From positions 88,575,191 through 88,639,190 of the forward strand of contig JASCQW010000081.1 in the NCBI GenBank assembly GCA_030264375.1: a DNA stretch of 64,000 nucleotides, read 5' to 3'. The translations under genes and the position numbers were made by a program. Positions 61,780-64,000 of this stretch are shown piece by piece (position 1 is the first letter of the stretch; every line of letters starts with the position of its first letter). The notes beneath the pieces are model-generated. The model ran no database searches, had not been told where the DNA came from, and worked only from the letters and a program-made list of their open reading frames with translations. The stretch is from Carcharhinus longimanus. Taxonomy: Eukaryota.

Positions 61780-64000
61780 ACACTTGGGTTTGAGTTCCTC
61801 CAACAATTGGGTAAGATGCTTTTGGATCCTGCCCCCCACCCCGCCCTGCCACTGCAGTGTGCAGTTAATCCGATCCTCACTATGAGTGGATCTCTTCACG
61901 GTCTGGGAGGATTATTAGATCAACCGAGATCTGACAATTGTAGCATTAAGTGGTAATGGGAGCAACAGGTCTGAACCTCCTCTGGGGTTGCAATGAGACT
62001 GTGGTGAAACTGTGCGCATCAGATGTCACTTCAAGGTCTGTGAGGATATCCCGATGGGCTGATATTCCGGCAATAACAACGGAACACTTGCGGAACAGTC
62101 CCACACCCGGTGTGGTGCATTTGGGAAGCCTGCCCTCTGGTCTTTTGTAACTACATCAATTGCCTCCCACCCAGGGGTTTGTAAAAACGGTTGTAACTGG
62201 ACTGCCTAGATCAGAACGCACGGCAGGTCTTGGATTAGAAAACAACCTTTTTGCCCCACTATGAAAGCAGGGTGAAGGGCGGGTAGCAATCCTTTAAATG
62301 TCGGTAGTGAACTCATGCAGTCAGAGGTGACAGGGAAGGAGAATTGAAATTGATGAACTTCTCCAATTCAGCGTTAAACAACAGTGAATGCATTGAAGGA
62401 ACAATATTAATAACAATTAAATATGGGTAATTGAGCAGACATTGATAAAGTGATGATGTAAAGGTAAAACCTTAGTTGGAGGCTCAAATATCTGTTCATT
62501 AATAACCATCAGGATAGTGAATAGTGCCAGTGCTGCCCTGCTGTGAACCTCTCAGTAAACAGTTACCATGAGCTCTTGTTGATGCAGTTCAGAATGGAAC
62601 AGAGCAGTTAAAAATATAAATTGTCATCTGGCAGTATAGAACTAAAGTGTTGCTAGAAAAAAATGAGATGATGAAGCTTATTGCCTTGCAGAATCAGGGC
62701 ATAATCCTGACGTGGATATTGATGCAAAGTGTTCTGCAGAGTGCAGCACAAAAACACTCCACACGTCTCTTCTTTCAGCAATACCAATATATTCTCTGCA
62801 AGCAGAAGAAAATATCACCCAGCAGCAAAGTTGCCATCGATTACATTTGTGAATCACAGGGACGGCTCCATGGACTGGAGAGTTCATTCACCCAAAACAG
62901 CAGGTTCAAGGGAGAAACTGCTTGGTTCCACTCGGACAGGTAACCCACTCAGTATAATTCCACAATGACACTTACTCCCAGTAATGTGCGGTTACTGGCA
63001 TAAGGAGTTCCAATCCAGTTAGAGACCCACACTCAGTACAATTCCACAGTGAAAGTAATACTGGGGTCAGGCGCTTCACTTCAATTAGTTACCCACACAG
63101 CTCAATTCTCTAGTGACACATTTCCCCGTAATACAGGTCACCAGGGTCAGTATCCCATTCCAGTTAAGACCCACACTGTGAGAAAGATCGTCCCAGTAAT
63201 ACGTGGTTATGATCAGGTCTAGTTGGTGATCCATATGCAGTGCAGTTCTTCAGTGACAGGCATGCCCAATAAATAAAATCACTGGGATTGTGTGTTCCAC
63301 TCGTTAGTGACCTACATTCAGTGCAATTCTATAGTGAAAGAGATAACCAGTAATACCACTGGGGGTCAAGAGGTCCATTGTTAAGATCCATACTCGGTAC
63401 AATACTACAGTGACAGATACTCCCAGTATTTATTTCACTTTGCTATTTCACGATGCTAATATTTATTGTGTTGTACAATGTGTTCCACTATGAGCAATCA
63501 TAGAACGCAGAACATTACAGCGCAGTACAAACCCTTCGGCTCTCGATGTTGCGCCGATCTGTGAAACCAATCTAAAGCCTACCTAATCTACACTATTCCA
63601 ATATCATCCATATGTTTATCCAATGACCATTTAAATACCCTTAATGTTGGCATGACCACTACTGTTGCAGGCAAGGCATTCCATGCCCTTACTGCTCTCT
63701 GAGTAAAGAACCTACCTCTGACATCTGTCCTATGTCTATCACCCCTCAATTTAAAGTTATGTCGCCTCGTGCTAGCCATCACCATCCGAGGAAAAAGGCT
63801 CTCACTGTCCACGCTATCTAATCCTCTGATCATCTTTTAAAAGAATCACTCGGCATCTTACTTTCAGTTGAGGTAAAACAATAAAGCCAGAGTTGTGATT
63901 CAGGTCATTTGACTTAAGATATCATTGATTTTGTGCTTGTATAATGGTAACCATCAAATAAGCATAAAACCAGAGACAAACTCATACTGACAGATAACCA
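61780..64000 (-). other. Intron of a predicted sixth GPR139-like gene (F), paralogous to the gene C intron 48320-50265
   Basis: 63855-64000 matches 50122-50262, which in gene C lies about 30 bp from the exon 1 donor. Confidence 0.7.
63501..63843 (-). mobile_element. CR1 3' fragment with AATCA target-site duplication
   Basis: ORF MIRGLDSVDSESLFPR..FFTQRAVRAWNALP. AATCA at 63496-63500 and 63844-63848. Absent at the paralogous site near 50110. Confidence 0.88.

Overview
Repeat-rich, gapped vertebrate genomic DNA, almost certainly an elasmobranch (shark), judged from HE1-type V-SINEs, Deu-domain SINEs, CR1/HER1-like and Rex1-like LINEs and Penelope-derived elements. The only recognisable host genes form a birth-and-death cluster of two-exon GPR139-like class A GPCRs. 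Gene A is intact (+, join 20739-20802,24903-25813; 324 aa). B is a frameshifted pseudogene (+, 34690-35572). Gene C is intact (-, join 50353-50290,46202-45262; 334 aa). D is a promoter relic with exon 1 deleted (~57.9 kb). E is an exon 1 that runs into a gap (61555-61602). F is the intron of a sixth, minus-strand copy that runs off the window end. Flanking repeats predict further exon-2 copies hidden in gaps. Also present: 42-, 43-, ~82- and 19-bp tandem repeats, local segmental duplications, two Gypsy relics with the integrase-before-RT (Gmr1-like) order, and minimal hammerhead-ribozyme motifs in Penelope-type fragments. Family names were assigned by eye without database searches, and repeat boundaries are approximate.
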